Shown here: positions 13,227 to 24,960 of the stretch, piece after piece
How positions within the stretch are numbered: the first letter of the stretch is position 1
How the letters are laid out: the number at the start of each line of letters is the position of its first letter
NCBI GenBank assembly: GCA_903813345.2
Contig: CAIIXF020000001.1
Coordinates: 32,674,001 to 32,738,000, forward strand
Length of the DNA: 64,000 nt
Reading direction: 5' to 3'
Source of the DNA: Owenia fusiformis
Lineage: Eukaryota
Made by a program: the position numbers and the translations under genes
The notes under the pieces: model-generated
Database searches by the model: none
What the model saw: only the letters and a program-made list of their open reading frames with translations
What the model was told of the DNA's origin: nothing

Positions 13227-16200
13227 TAAAGCAAAACTGTCAACATAGATCCAGTAGACCGTAGAATTTTTTTTAACCAAAATGTTGATGGATCTCTTGA
13301 AAATAATGAGAATGAGAACGCTTAATAGAAAACAAACCTGGATATGCAGGGTGTCTTGAAACTTCACTTGTGCAACATCATTTTTCATAGGATAAATTAG
13401 TTGTGATGATCGGTTTTGAATAATGATCACTGGGAAGATTTCAGACAAGAGCGTATATCATATAATGTTTATTGATGATATGTTGACATTGCTGATCGTT
13501 ATTGACATCGCTGATGGCGAATAAATACCAAAAGGTAACGCTTTGCGCGAATGTCACTCGTGATGAATTTCTGATGGAACTTCGAATTCTCACTACGACA
13601 TAATAACCATTTAACAAGATATTGTATGACCACTATCAGATAATTAAACGAGTTGTTGTAACTTCACAATTTACATTTTTTGTTTACAATCGCATGAGAC
13701 ATACGAGCCCGGGTATGTGAGGCTGATCTGAACAATAGTTCTGTCAAAAAATGATTAAATCAAATTACATAAGATTCGGAATGAAAGTGCCCCGTCCATA
13801 TTTTATATTTGATTAAAAATGATTAGTGCATTGGGCAAATAGAATCCTTTTATTGCAGTTAATTCAAAATATTCCTATGCTGGCTGTACTTCAAAACTTT
13901 CTACCATTGACGTCATTGATTTGACTCATTTGCATACAACCAATCAGCGCGCCGGAAATTATCGATTTTCTTAACTTTGTGGAAAGGTGAATAGTTGCAC
14001 CCTCATAGGCCTATAGTTTCACACTCTGCCGGGAAGTAGCTATTGCCCTATATCCTGGCGCTTAGCTGTTGAAAATACAACATTTAACAAACCCGCATTA
14101 CATCTCTGACACACATCCAAGAATGGGATAAACACTCTACTATACCTAGCACCTAGAAATGCATAAGATACTTTGTTTGTCTAATTGAATTGTTTAATAT
14201 ATTTTTGAAAGTGCCTTACTAACATCTAACTTTCAACCGATAAACCATTCATAAGGAACAGACAAGTAAAAACAAATACATAGTCATTACAAATAAGCCA
14301 AATGGGTTGCTCATGAACACCAAATGCAAGGTATAGTAGAGTGATAAAGAACAATAGGATAAAGCTTTAGTTACTTCATTGGGTGTACATGTAACAATTA
14401 TACCCTGATTCCAACAAACAGTACGTGCCCGCTAAACGCAGTGATTTTTAACAATGTCCCACGTTCGATGCCATGCAGTATAATTTATACAATGATCTGA
14501 ACAGGCCCCTGTTATACTAACGAGACAACACTCGTTCTCTTTGTAAATCTTCATTCGTTCATAACATAAATGACGATCGATGGCTTCATTGGGAAGATTC
14601 AGGAAATTAGAAATAATTTATTGCGCTCCAGAATGATCCACGCGCTGCTTCTCTCTCTTGTGAACATAGACATCGAACAGTTAAGAACGGAATGATGGCG
14701 TTATGCCGTAATAATAGAATGATATATCACTATATAATGTTTTTATCATCTACGACCTCGTTCCAACGGTATTTGACCATCAGATATTTGCATTACAGTA
14801 ATAGAGGAGTTTCTTTATAACTTTGAGATCTCACTTATTCTCGGTTGTTCGTGAGATTTTAAGAGATTTGCACATTAAACCTCTAATAGCTTACCTTTCC
14901 TTCTTTTTAATAGCGTATTTGAATTCAGTGAAAAGTTTTCTACAACATTTAACTTTGATTTATGTCGTTTAAATCATTTTGCATGAATTTTGCAACTAGT
15001 CTAAAACAAATCTGGGTCAAATCTCCTTTAATGCAATGTTAAATTTCTTTAAATCTTGGTTTATTCGTGTTACACAATATGATTTATCACAGTATGTACA
15101 TTAATAAGGTCATCCCGGCCCATAGTATGCCATTTGAGTTTCAAACACCTTTTGATAAATCATGAAATTAAAGGGACAAAGTGCTGAAATGAACTTTTGA
15201 TCTTCATAGTATTTCCAATGGATAAATAAGTACCTGATCTTTCACTTGACACCAAAAATAGCTCAAACAGACCACATCAGACTTGACACTAGATCATGGG
15301 AAAATATTTTGGATCTATCAATTTATATATGTGTCAAGTTTTTAGCAATGCCATAGAAAGATGGCATTGTTGTTTGCATTGATCATCCATTCATTTTTGA
15401 TAGGATTTTCAAGCAAACGCCATCTTTTAATCCAAGAGTTATTTAAAACATACATTTTTTGAAAAGTGGTAATTCACTTTTTCAATCTCTGAACTTCAAA
15501 TGCCGTTTTCTATGCGAATAATTTTTTTTCACTTCAGGATTATCCCAAATTAAAGTTTTTATCATATTTGATTGACTGTGTGAGTGACATGTCTCAAATA
15601 ATATTTTGTCCCTTTTCCTTCAAAAATAGGCGCATTGCCTGTTTAAGTGACTATCGCAAGTTTTTAACATGGAAGTCTATGGCAGTCTGGCCCAACAGAA
15701 ACAAAGAAAAACAAAGATGACATCTATTATATATCAAGTTTATTCATAAACATATATAGAAACTCCCTTAGGATGCAGTACCGGGTCGGTTTTCACATCT
15801 GTTTGCGCAGGTTTGACTTCCAGTTTGAGAAAGCTAGCTCCCAAGAACCTCATTTTCGCATTTAGTCTTATTCAAAAATTATAGTTTATTTCGATAATGG
15901 TGTTTCCAGAAAAGAATTAAATTGCAAACATTTTATCAAGCATATTTTATCCCTTTCACTTTTATGGGAAAACTTGTTCTTAAATCGCAATTAGTGGAAA
16001 CGAAAACCAGGGTTCGAAAGATGCCAGCTCTATTGAAAACTCAAAAAAGTAAAAAGATTCATTTTGGGTAGGTAAAATAATTTTTTATTTTGTAATTACC
16101 AGACGGTCAATCCTCTTCATATTGCACTTGGATGATGATAACATCATAGTGATACATTGTAACAAATATGAGCAAAATCTAATGTCTGGAACTTTTTCTA

Positions 16201-16687
16201 CGCTGACCTGGTACTGCATCCTTAATAGGCTTATTAAATATCATTGTATACACAATGAAGTTATTTTCCATAATCGTAAGTTCAGTAAGATTGTGGCCAC
16301 ACTTCTTGGAGCGCATTGTTAGATACAGACTAGTCGGTAGATATAGGTAGTCAAGAGCAATGTTTATTTTCCGTAACATCCGTCGTTCCCAGGAATCAGC
16401 TATGACAGGCAATTTGCACTCCGGAATAATTGTCACAAATGGCGGACATAACCGTCGATTCAACTCTTTGCCTTGCCGGGCCAGTTCTAGGGGTTTTAGT
16501 GCTAGTTTAGAAGGCGTTTATTTTACTATATCGACCTGACAAATGTGTGACGTCATAGTGGTGGTCCATATGGACCGGTCTAGAATATATTCTGGACCGG
16601 CAATTTTCCCCGGGAAATTAGATATCGTTCAATGCGTAAGATTTTCTTGCTGTTTCAGTCCTGGTCGTTAACGGTGGTAATAATACT

Positions 16688-16788
16688 AATAACGTCATTT
16701 CTGCGAGCGATATAGTGAAATATTGGACCTTGGGCCTTCGGCCCTTGGTCCAATATTTCACTATATCGCCCTTAGAAATGACGTTATT
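16688..16788. repeat. Near-perfect ~100-bp hairpin with GGCC-TTC-GGCC loop, part of a palindrome-rich element (~16500-16800)
   Basis: AATAACGTCATTTCT..GCGATATAGTGAAATATTGGACC / GGTCCAATATTTCACTATATCGC..AGAAATGACGTTATT. Upstream palindromes GGTCCATATGGACC and CCGGTCTAGAATATATTCTGGACCGG. Confidence 0.85.
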
Positions 16789-17354
16789 GTACTAAACACT
16801 TGATCCTCGTTTCTTCGGATCTTATCGTATGGTGTCGTGAATCGCCACAATATAATGTCTTCGATATCGTCAATGACAACGGAATCTGAATTCCCAAAGA
16901 CAACGGCATATGGTAGTATATGACAACGGACTATGGTGGATATATTGCATTGGAACATTGGACAAATAACAACGGAAACTAGACGTATGAGGAGTTGAGT
17001 GCTTGAACATTTTAGAATTGTATGTAATCGAATGCAAAATAAACGCCCAGTGGGCGTTTTTGAAGAAACAAAGTGTGAAATATATACCATGCTATTATCT
17101 TTAATGACAGCGTTATGTGGATGGGACTGAGGATAAGTTCAGGTTTAGGCTTTGGTCATATGGACATTAAAGATTTGTTTGATTTATAATTAAAACCAAA
17201 TCTTTACTTTCATTTGGTATTATTCCAGAGAAATTTCGTGTTATCATTCTAAATTTGCCTCTATTTTCAATAATCTTTCTCATCTTCATCTCTTCTTCTT
17301 CATGATGTTCTAGTAAGGTGATTTATAATGTTTTGAAATTTAAGAGTTCGTAGT

Positions 17355-20300
17355 AGTGCAGTCAGTTAGGTCAATAAAACCATAGAATTGCACATGCTAT
17401 ATATAAAGCACCATTTTTTGACCAAAGTATCTTTGGTACATATATTTTTGATATCTAACGAAGTTGTGTTGAAAAGTCCTCCCAGTTGATGATAGCAGGC
17501 TTCGAAAATCTTGCCCATTTACATTGAGCTCCATGTTAATTCATCAATCTTCAAAAGACCCCCTGCAGAACAGTTCTAAAGTAATAAAGCCCATATTTCT
17601 AGTATCTTACAATAACATGATTATCTTCAAAATAAGAAGGGTTGTTTTTTTCTTTTGCCTAGTTCCAAAGATATTGGCATTTGAATTTTGGAAAATCCCC
17701 ATTGGCTGCCATTATAAACCGCTATCAATATGGCTTTATTAAAGTGTCCTTTTCTCAAAAAGTCTACTATGACATTTTCTAATATTGTAGATTTCTGTAG
17801 TTGATATATTGGCTTAAGGATATACCAGTGTAACCTCCGAAAAAATCGACCATTTTCAACCTCAACGAAACTAGGTTTTTATTATAGACCTAGATGTAGT
17901 GATTCGAAAAATGTAATAAAAAAGGTAGGTCAACGGATTAGTTTTTTCATGAGAAGCTTCTGAAAATAGGTGTGACGTTATCATCATTTTAACATTTGAG
18001 GCGCCATTGATTCCAAAGCAAAAAAACATATTTTCCTATATTTCGTCGATAAAATGATGATTTGGGGAGTATTGACGATTTTTTCGAGCCTAGACAAACT
18101 TCCTTTATACATAATTACATTGTTTCGAATATTGGTACACTCAGGACATTTTTCTTACTTTTTTCACTTAAAGTGTTACCCCTACCCCAACACTATTTGT
18201 GAATTTTTGTAACGTTTTTCCATTAAAAACACATCTTTTTCATTTTCGCATTTTGACACGTTTTGAATCGAAAATTACGCAAATTTCCAATGGATTGTGG
18301 TATTTTTTTTATTTGCTTATTCTAAAGAAGGTGTTCTCATGTTTATTTTGATATAAAAAAAACATAGGGTCAACGGTCTGTTTTACGCTTGAAAATGCCG
18401 TTGAAGATAGGTGTACTTTAACAATGATACAAAAGCCACTGGTCAATTCGCGTCATAATTTCAATAAATATATGACGTCTTTCTCAAGAATTAACAAAAT
18501 CGACTGCTCACAAAAACATAAACTAGCTAAGTCCACATGATAAACATAATTTCAAAATATTATAAATTATGAATAAATTGAGGGATAGATGCCCCAGTAA
18601 GACATTCATTCAATAAACGATGATTTAAAATGGCTAATGATAGCCATATTTGACTCCTATTCTAATATGATAATATTTCTGTTCATTTTTCGGGAAAGGA
18701 TAACGTTACATTTGAGGTTAACAATTGTGAAAACTCAACATGTCCTGTCTTAATGGACTGCCTTCACAAGTATAACCTCACAGATCAGGCATGAATGATT
18801 TCACTCGTGATATATAGCATGCGTGCTTAGATGATTTTCGGATGGGGTTGTACATTCCCTGTGCATTCCTCACCCCGAGGTCCCCACTTATGTAAAGCTG
18901 TCGGATTTGAGCAAGATACGTCTACTGAATATAGTACACGGATAATGTGTTTCTGTGAACGGTATGGACGTTTTTCGCATTGTATCCGGCATGTCCGATC
19001 ATGGTCGTTAATACTCACTGGGAAAATATTTTTAACTGGTAACTATAATTATAAAAATATAGAATAATAACATAAATTGAACAAAGGTTTGAATGGCTTG
19101 TTTGACATGTTTGATGGTATTTGTTTTGACAGAAAGGAAAAACGAAACAAGGTAATGATTTCAATAGAAATACCTATAAATGAATGTTCATGCACGGACT
19201 ATAAGTGTCCGTGGTTCATGTAATAAGTGTATACATGAATTATAGAAATTCCGAAATAGAATACTGTATTTTACAGTTGCCCGTTTTGATATTAAATACC
19301 CCTGGTCAATACATAGGCTATAGACTATAACTTAATGAAAACTCATACAGACTGTAGCGAAATAAGAAGCAAGTTACAAATTAGATTTGTCGTGTTTGTA
19401 ATACATGGGCACACACACATATACTGCTGGTATAAACGAAAGAAACGGACACGAAACTGGAATGAAACAGGAATATACAAAAAATTACGGAATAATTTGG
19501 AAGAATTGATGACGTATAGTTCATTTGTTTGTTTATTTGTTGATGGGGCAATATGTCACTGACGTCACAGATAATGCTATCATATTCCAATAACCCATTA
19601 ACAAAAGTGTTATATGACGTCATGATAAAACAACATTGAAAATGAGAATCTCTTAGTTGCTATGGATTACTATGTCGTAAAGCGTCATATATCGTCATTC
19701 TGCGTCCATGATATTTAATTCAGAACACTTGTCAAACGTGAAGTTAACAAACGAGCTTTAGATAGAGGTGTTAATTTTCTATTTTTGTAATTTAAAAATA
19801 TATCACCATTGTCGTAAGGGTTACACTGGTATATCCTTAAAAGAAATCAAACAGGCACATTTCTAAAAATTTCTTATTTTTAATATATTTAGCCGTGAAG
19901 TTGTATAAAAAACCTATATTGAGCCCCATGTTAATTCATCAATCTTCAAAATACCCCCTGCAGAACATTTCTAAAGTAATAAAGCCAATATTCCTAGCAT
20001 CTTACAATAACATGATCATCTTCAAAATAAGAAGGGTTGTTTTTTCTTTTGCCTCGTTCCAAAGATATTGGTGTTTGGATTTTGGAAAATCCCCATTGGC
20101 CACCATTATTAACCGCTATCAATATGTCTTTACTAAAGTGTCATTTTCTCATAAACTTCACTATGGAATTTTCTTATATTGCACATTTCTATAGCTAATA
20201 TATTGACTTTAAAAAAATCGAACAGGCACATTTTCAAAAAGTTCCTATTTTTAATATATTTAGCTGTGAATTTGTATAAAAAGTCCTATACTGAGCCCCA

Positions 20301-20618
20301 TGTTAATTTATCAATCCTCAAAAAAACCTGCAAAACAGTTCAAAAATGATAAAACCTATATTCTTTGTATGTTACAATAACATGATTATCTTCATAATAA
20401 GAAGGGTTGCTCTTTTTCTTTTACTTAGTTCCAAAGATATTGGCGTTTGAATTTTGGAAAATCCCCATTGGCTACCATTACAAACCGCTGTCAATATGTC
20501 TACTAAAGTGTCATTTTCTCAAAATGTCCACTATGGAATTATCTAATATTGCAGATTTCTATAGTTTATGTAGTGACTTAAAAAACGTATGCTTCTCAGG
20601 TGAAATGTGGTTCCTTTA
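17355..20618 (+). repeat. Repeat family copy A: leader plus tandem ~370-bp units, interrupted by the TTAA element
   Basis: Unit CCATGTTAATT.ATCAATC...AGTTCCAAAGATATTGG...AACAGGCACATTT recurs at ~17531, ~19926, ~20298. Confidence 0.85.
17818..19836. mobile_element. Non-autonomous TTAA-specific DNA transposon (Kolobok-like), 2.0 kb
   Basis: Perfect 18-bp TIR GGATATACCAGTGTAACC. TTAA on both sides (17814-17817, 19837-19840). The paralogous unit at ~21450 has a single empty TTAA site. Confidence 0.9.
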
Positions 20619-21079
20619 GGAGTAAAGAGGCATGTGGATTAAAAAAGGTTACCATATTCTTTCCGTCCCGTGGCCAAAACGTTTAAAGCAATTTTTAAAA
20701 TGGAACCTATAAAATTGATTGTTTAGACGCCTATTTGATAATTTTCAGCATTTAGTAAGAAATACGTCTCGATATTAAGGTAGCCAGCCATTGTAGAATA
20801 AAATTAAAAATGGCATCTTTTGAAATAAAAATACAGTAGATTTTTAGAGTATTATCACATAGGCGAAAGATACACCCTCAGCACTCATTTCAAGAAATAC
20901 TATTTTTTTGATTTCTTTCAAGTTTATAAACTAAAGCTGCTTTTTCGTATTTAATTGGAGTTCAATTGCACATTCTATATATGAAGCAATTTTTTATTGA
21001 TATCTACCGAGGAAGTGTTGAAATGTGCATAAAATCTGCATAAGAAAGAACATTAAAAAAAGTACACATACAATTTTAA

Positions 21080-21608
21080 TTGCTAAATATATTATAAATA
21101 AGATTTTTTTAGAAATGTGCCTGTTCAAGTTAATATATTAACTATAGAAATCTACAAGATTAGAAAAGATCATAGTAGACTTATTGATAGCAGTTTATAA
21201 TGGCAGCCAACGGGGATTTTCAAAAATTGAAACGCCAATATCTTCGGAACTAGCCAAAAGAAAAATAACAACCCTTCTTATTTCGAAGGTAATCATGTGA
21301 TTGTAAGATGTATGGGCTTTGTTACTCTAGAACTGTTCTGTTTTATAGATCGAAAAATTACATGGGGCTCAATATAGTTTTTTATACAACTTAATGACTA
21401 AATATATTAAAAATAAGAATTTTTTAGAAATGTGCCTGTTTGATTTATTTTAAGTCAATATATCAACTATAGAAATCTACAATATTAGAAAATTTCATAG
21501 TAGATTTTTTGAGAAAAGGACGCTTTATAAAGCTATATTGATAGCAGTTTATAATGGCAGCCAACGGGGATTCTCCAAAATTCTAACTCCTATATCTTTG
21601 GAACTAGG
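21080..21608 (-). repeat. Repeat family copy B, inner part (inverted ~370-bp units)
   Basis: Reverse complement of the units in 17670-20250. Breaks off at TATATCTTTGGAACTAGG. Confidence 0.85.
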
Positions 21609-21611
21609 TCA

Positions 21612-23608
21612 CAGGAACCATCTATCCGGCCTAATACCAATGCTATAGATATGGAGGACAGTCAAATGCTCTTTAGCAACATGTCATCCACACTCTCAGG
21701 ATCTGATCCAGACATGTCTCAATCACTGCTCCTGCCAAATCATAATAAAACAACTGATGAAACTGTAGAGACTATCACCCTATAGGACACACAGCCTTCT
21801 AGCCATGATCTGAATACAACCCCCTCCCAGCCAACAACAGGTGATTTACACATGACAGAAACACAGACAGACACACCCGAGCCACCATCCCCACCCCCAG
21901 TTTTGTGTCACTGTGCAAAGGCTCTATATCATATGAAGGAGAAAACAAAAAACTCAGAAGTAAAATCATCCAACAAGCTGCCAAAATAGATGATCTCCTA
22001 CAGCGTGTAGAAGTAAATGAACTTCAGAGGAAGGATGAAGCAGAAAAACAACAGTTACTCTTTGACAATAGAGTCAGAGACCTTGACAATGAACTCTCAA
22101 CAGTTAGAAATGAGCTTAGGATCAAAGAAAAAGAATTTTCTGGATTACAGGCTGATCTCAAAACAACCTTTAACAAAAACCTTGTGTTAATGGCAAAGCT
22201 GGAGAAACATGAAAAACAAAGACACAATGCATCCCTACCACAAAGCTTAAAGGGTGACGATTAGCATCCCGTATAAAAACAATATGGCGGCTCCAGGCGA
22301 ATCAACTGGATCAGTCCATTTTTAAGAAATAAGGGGAGTTCTGTAAAATCAAGTTTATTGAAATTGTCTTTAAGATAAAGTAATCCGTTTATAATGATTT
22401 TGAAAACGTTATCCAAAGAGTGATTGCGTTCAAAGAATACATGTACAACAGCCAATATAAATCCTTGTATTGGAAACCGGTTTGTCTTGCTTTGTTTCAT
22501 TTGTAGGATATTTCATATGCCAAGCTGTGTGCTATTACGTTATGGGGAAATTTAGATGCAAATTTTTCCTTGTTATACACAAATAGAAGATCCTGAAACT
22601 TCACCCATAAATGTGGAATTGATTTGTCAAAATAAAAATCACCCTTTTATAAATGTGTGACGATCTATAATATACTTATGCTATATAACAGTTAGAGGTG
22701 TTGACACAACGACCTCGAACCTGTGAACCCTTGAGTATTATTACGGGATCGGGCCTTTTATACTAAACGGTGAGCAACACCAGAAACGAGCGTTCGATTT
22801 GCTAAACGATATGCGTCACCCTTTAAATGAGAACTCTACTAAAACCACAGCCAAACAACAGTCAGCAACAAAACAACAAAAAGCAATACCAACACCCAAG
22901 AGACCTATAACACCTCCTTCAACTACATCACCTGCTACAAAGGTGCAAGGGAAGGCATCATCGCCACCCCCACCCCCTCCCCCTCCCACAGTGCATATTA
23001 TGTACAGCTCAAATGGAAAAAAACTTGCTGGTATAATGAAAGGCAAGGAAAGCAGAATCAAGGTGACATCTTCAGTGTACAGTGGAGCCCGAGTAGAAGA
23101 TGCCACCCATGTGATACAAAATGGAGACATACCAACTTCTACAGATTATAAAATCCTAGGATTTGGAACAAACAACGTTCAAACTGATACCCCACAAGAG
23201 ATTATCTATGGACTTAAAAATCTCATACAGACTGCACGAAACCGCCACAAAACATCAAAACTCATCCTTGCTGGACTACACCATAGAGGTGATTCTAATT
23301 CTGATGAACAGATTTACCAGATGAACTGTAACATTGATCAGATTAACTGTGCAATGGAAGCGTTTTGCCATCAACAACATGTCGGTTTCATTGACATCAA
23401 CAAGATCAATAGATCAACTGCCAACCACCCAAACTTTAGTGTTCTCTTTAGAGATAGATTGCATTTCAACTTCCAGGGTAGAGACAGCATGGTGAATGCA
23501 ATGATTTCAACCATGAAGAATGGACTTTCAACAGGCTTGAGGACTTATTCCTCAGTCCTAGCTGAAAGGGTAAACCCTCATAATTCTCGATACATCCCCA
23601 AGTTTTAA
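21612..23608 (+). pseudogene. LINE ORF1: low-complexity N-terminus, coiled coil, Pro-rich linker, SGNH/GDSL esterase-like domain
   Basis: Coiled-coil ORF 21905-22250 joins in frame to ORF 22799-23608 once the MITE is removed. Esterase-like blocks: MYSSNG, YSGARV, GFGTNNV, FRDRLH. Confidence 0.8.
22251..22822. mobile_element. MITE inserted in LINE ORF1 (TTAA-flanked, Kolobok-like; a Spy-like AAA|TTT reading is also possible)
   Basis: TTAA-AGGGTGACG ... CGTCACCCT-TTAA. Excision restores the ORF1 frame (PQSLNENST). Confidence 0.85.
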
Positions 23609-23643
23609 ACAGTGATCAGTGTGATTGCATCCATGATACTATT

Positions 23644-24960
23644 TTGGATACTATGACAACTTACTCCATTATAGAATCCAAGCATGTTATTGACTTTAAT
23701 GCTCAACCATATGTAAATAATGTCCAACCTTCTGTAAATAATGTTCAACCTTCTGTAAATAATGTTCAACCTTCTGTAAATAATGTTCAAGTATGTGCTC
23801 ATAATCAGAAATCTTATTCGGTAAAAACACATGTTAATAATGTGCAGTCACTTAATGTTAATGAGCAATCACATGTTGATACAGTGCAATCATGTATTAG
23901 TAAATGTAGTATGCAATCAAGTTTAGAGCATAGTAGTGAGAGTAGCAGCCAAGCAAGAAATGTTGATCAAAATAACTCTAAACCCAAAAAATGCTCATTG
24001 AACAGTTCATTGAAAAATCAAGGTTTAAGTTGTTTATTTTGGAACATCAATAGAATTTCAGACAAATTACATAATGATAATACTATAAATGAACTTTTCA
24101 GCAAATATGCAATTATATTTTTAAGTGAGACATGGTTGAATCCTGGTGAAACCCTGTCTTTTTCTGGTTACACTGTGCATAATCTAGCAAGGAAACATAA
24201 AAATCATAATTCAAATGCATATTCAGGTGGCTTAGCTGTTTTTATTAAAGACAATTTTTACAATAATGCAATTGAAGTATTAAAACAAACTCATGATTTT
24301 TATGTTTGGATTAAAATCAAATCCTCATATTTTAATCTGGAAAATGATATCTTTATTTGCTTCATTTATATGCCTCATAAGGGTTCACCTTATGAAAATT
24401 TTGACAATTTTGATGTTTTGGAAAAATCTATCTTTTTATCAATCATCGGGTAAAACAATTATTTGTGGGGATATGAATGCCCGTACTGCCACTTTATCTG
24501 ACTGTAATACTGTTGTATATGGATCAGATGATAAATTTACTAGCTCGTACCTTTTTAATGATCAGTGTAGAAATGATCCACAAAAACCTGACCTTATTCC
24601 AGACCGGTTTCCAATGGATAAAAACATCAAAGCAGTAAATCAGACACATGGTCGTGACTTTATTAATTTATGTAAAGCCTCTGATCTAAGAATCTTAAAT
24701 GGACGTTTTTTCCATGATAAAGGTATTGGTAAATTTACATACTTTAGATATCTGAAACAAAATGATAATGACCCTTTGAAAGGAAAATCGGTTATAGATT
24801 ATGTAGCTTCGCAATCTGGATTACTCCACATGTTTACTGATTTTAAAGTTCATGACAGGCATCCTGATTCTGATCATTCACCTGTACATTTCACACTTAA
24901 TTTAAATCAACCAAAAGTAACAAATATTGAAGACAATACTGTTCAAAATTTACCTTACAT
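23644..24960 (+). pseudogene. LINE ORF2 N-terminus: AP-like endonuclease, frameshifted near 24430
   Basis: Motifs LFWNIN, IIFLSETWL, SGGLAVFIK, IICGDMNART, LRILNGR, SVIDYV, SDHSPV. A 21-bp tandem (VNNVQPS)x~4 lies at ~23713-23790. Confidence 0.92.

Noticed and set aside
12993..13448. 151-aa ORF on the minus strand
   Set aside because: Runs across a MITE boundary and shows no recognisable motif.
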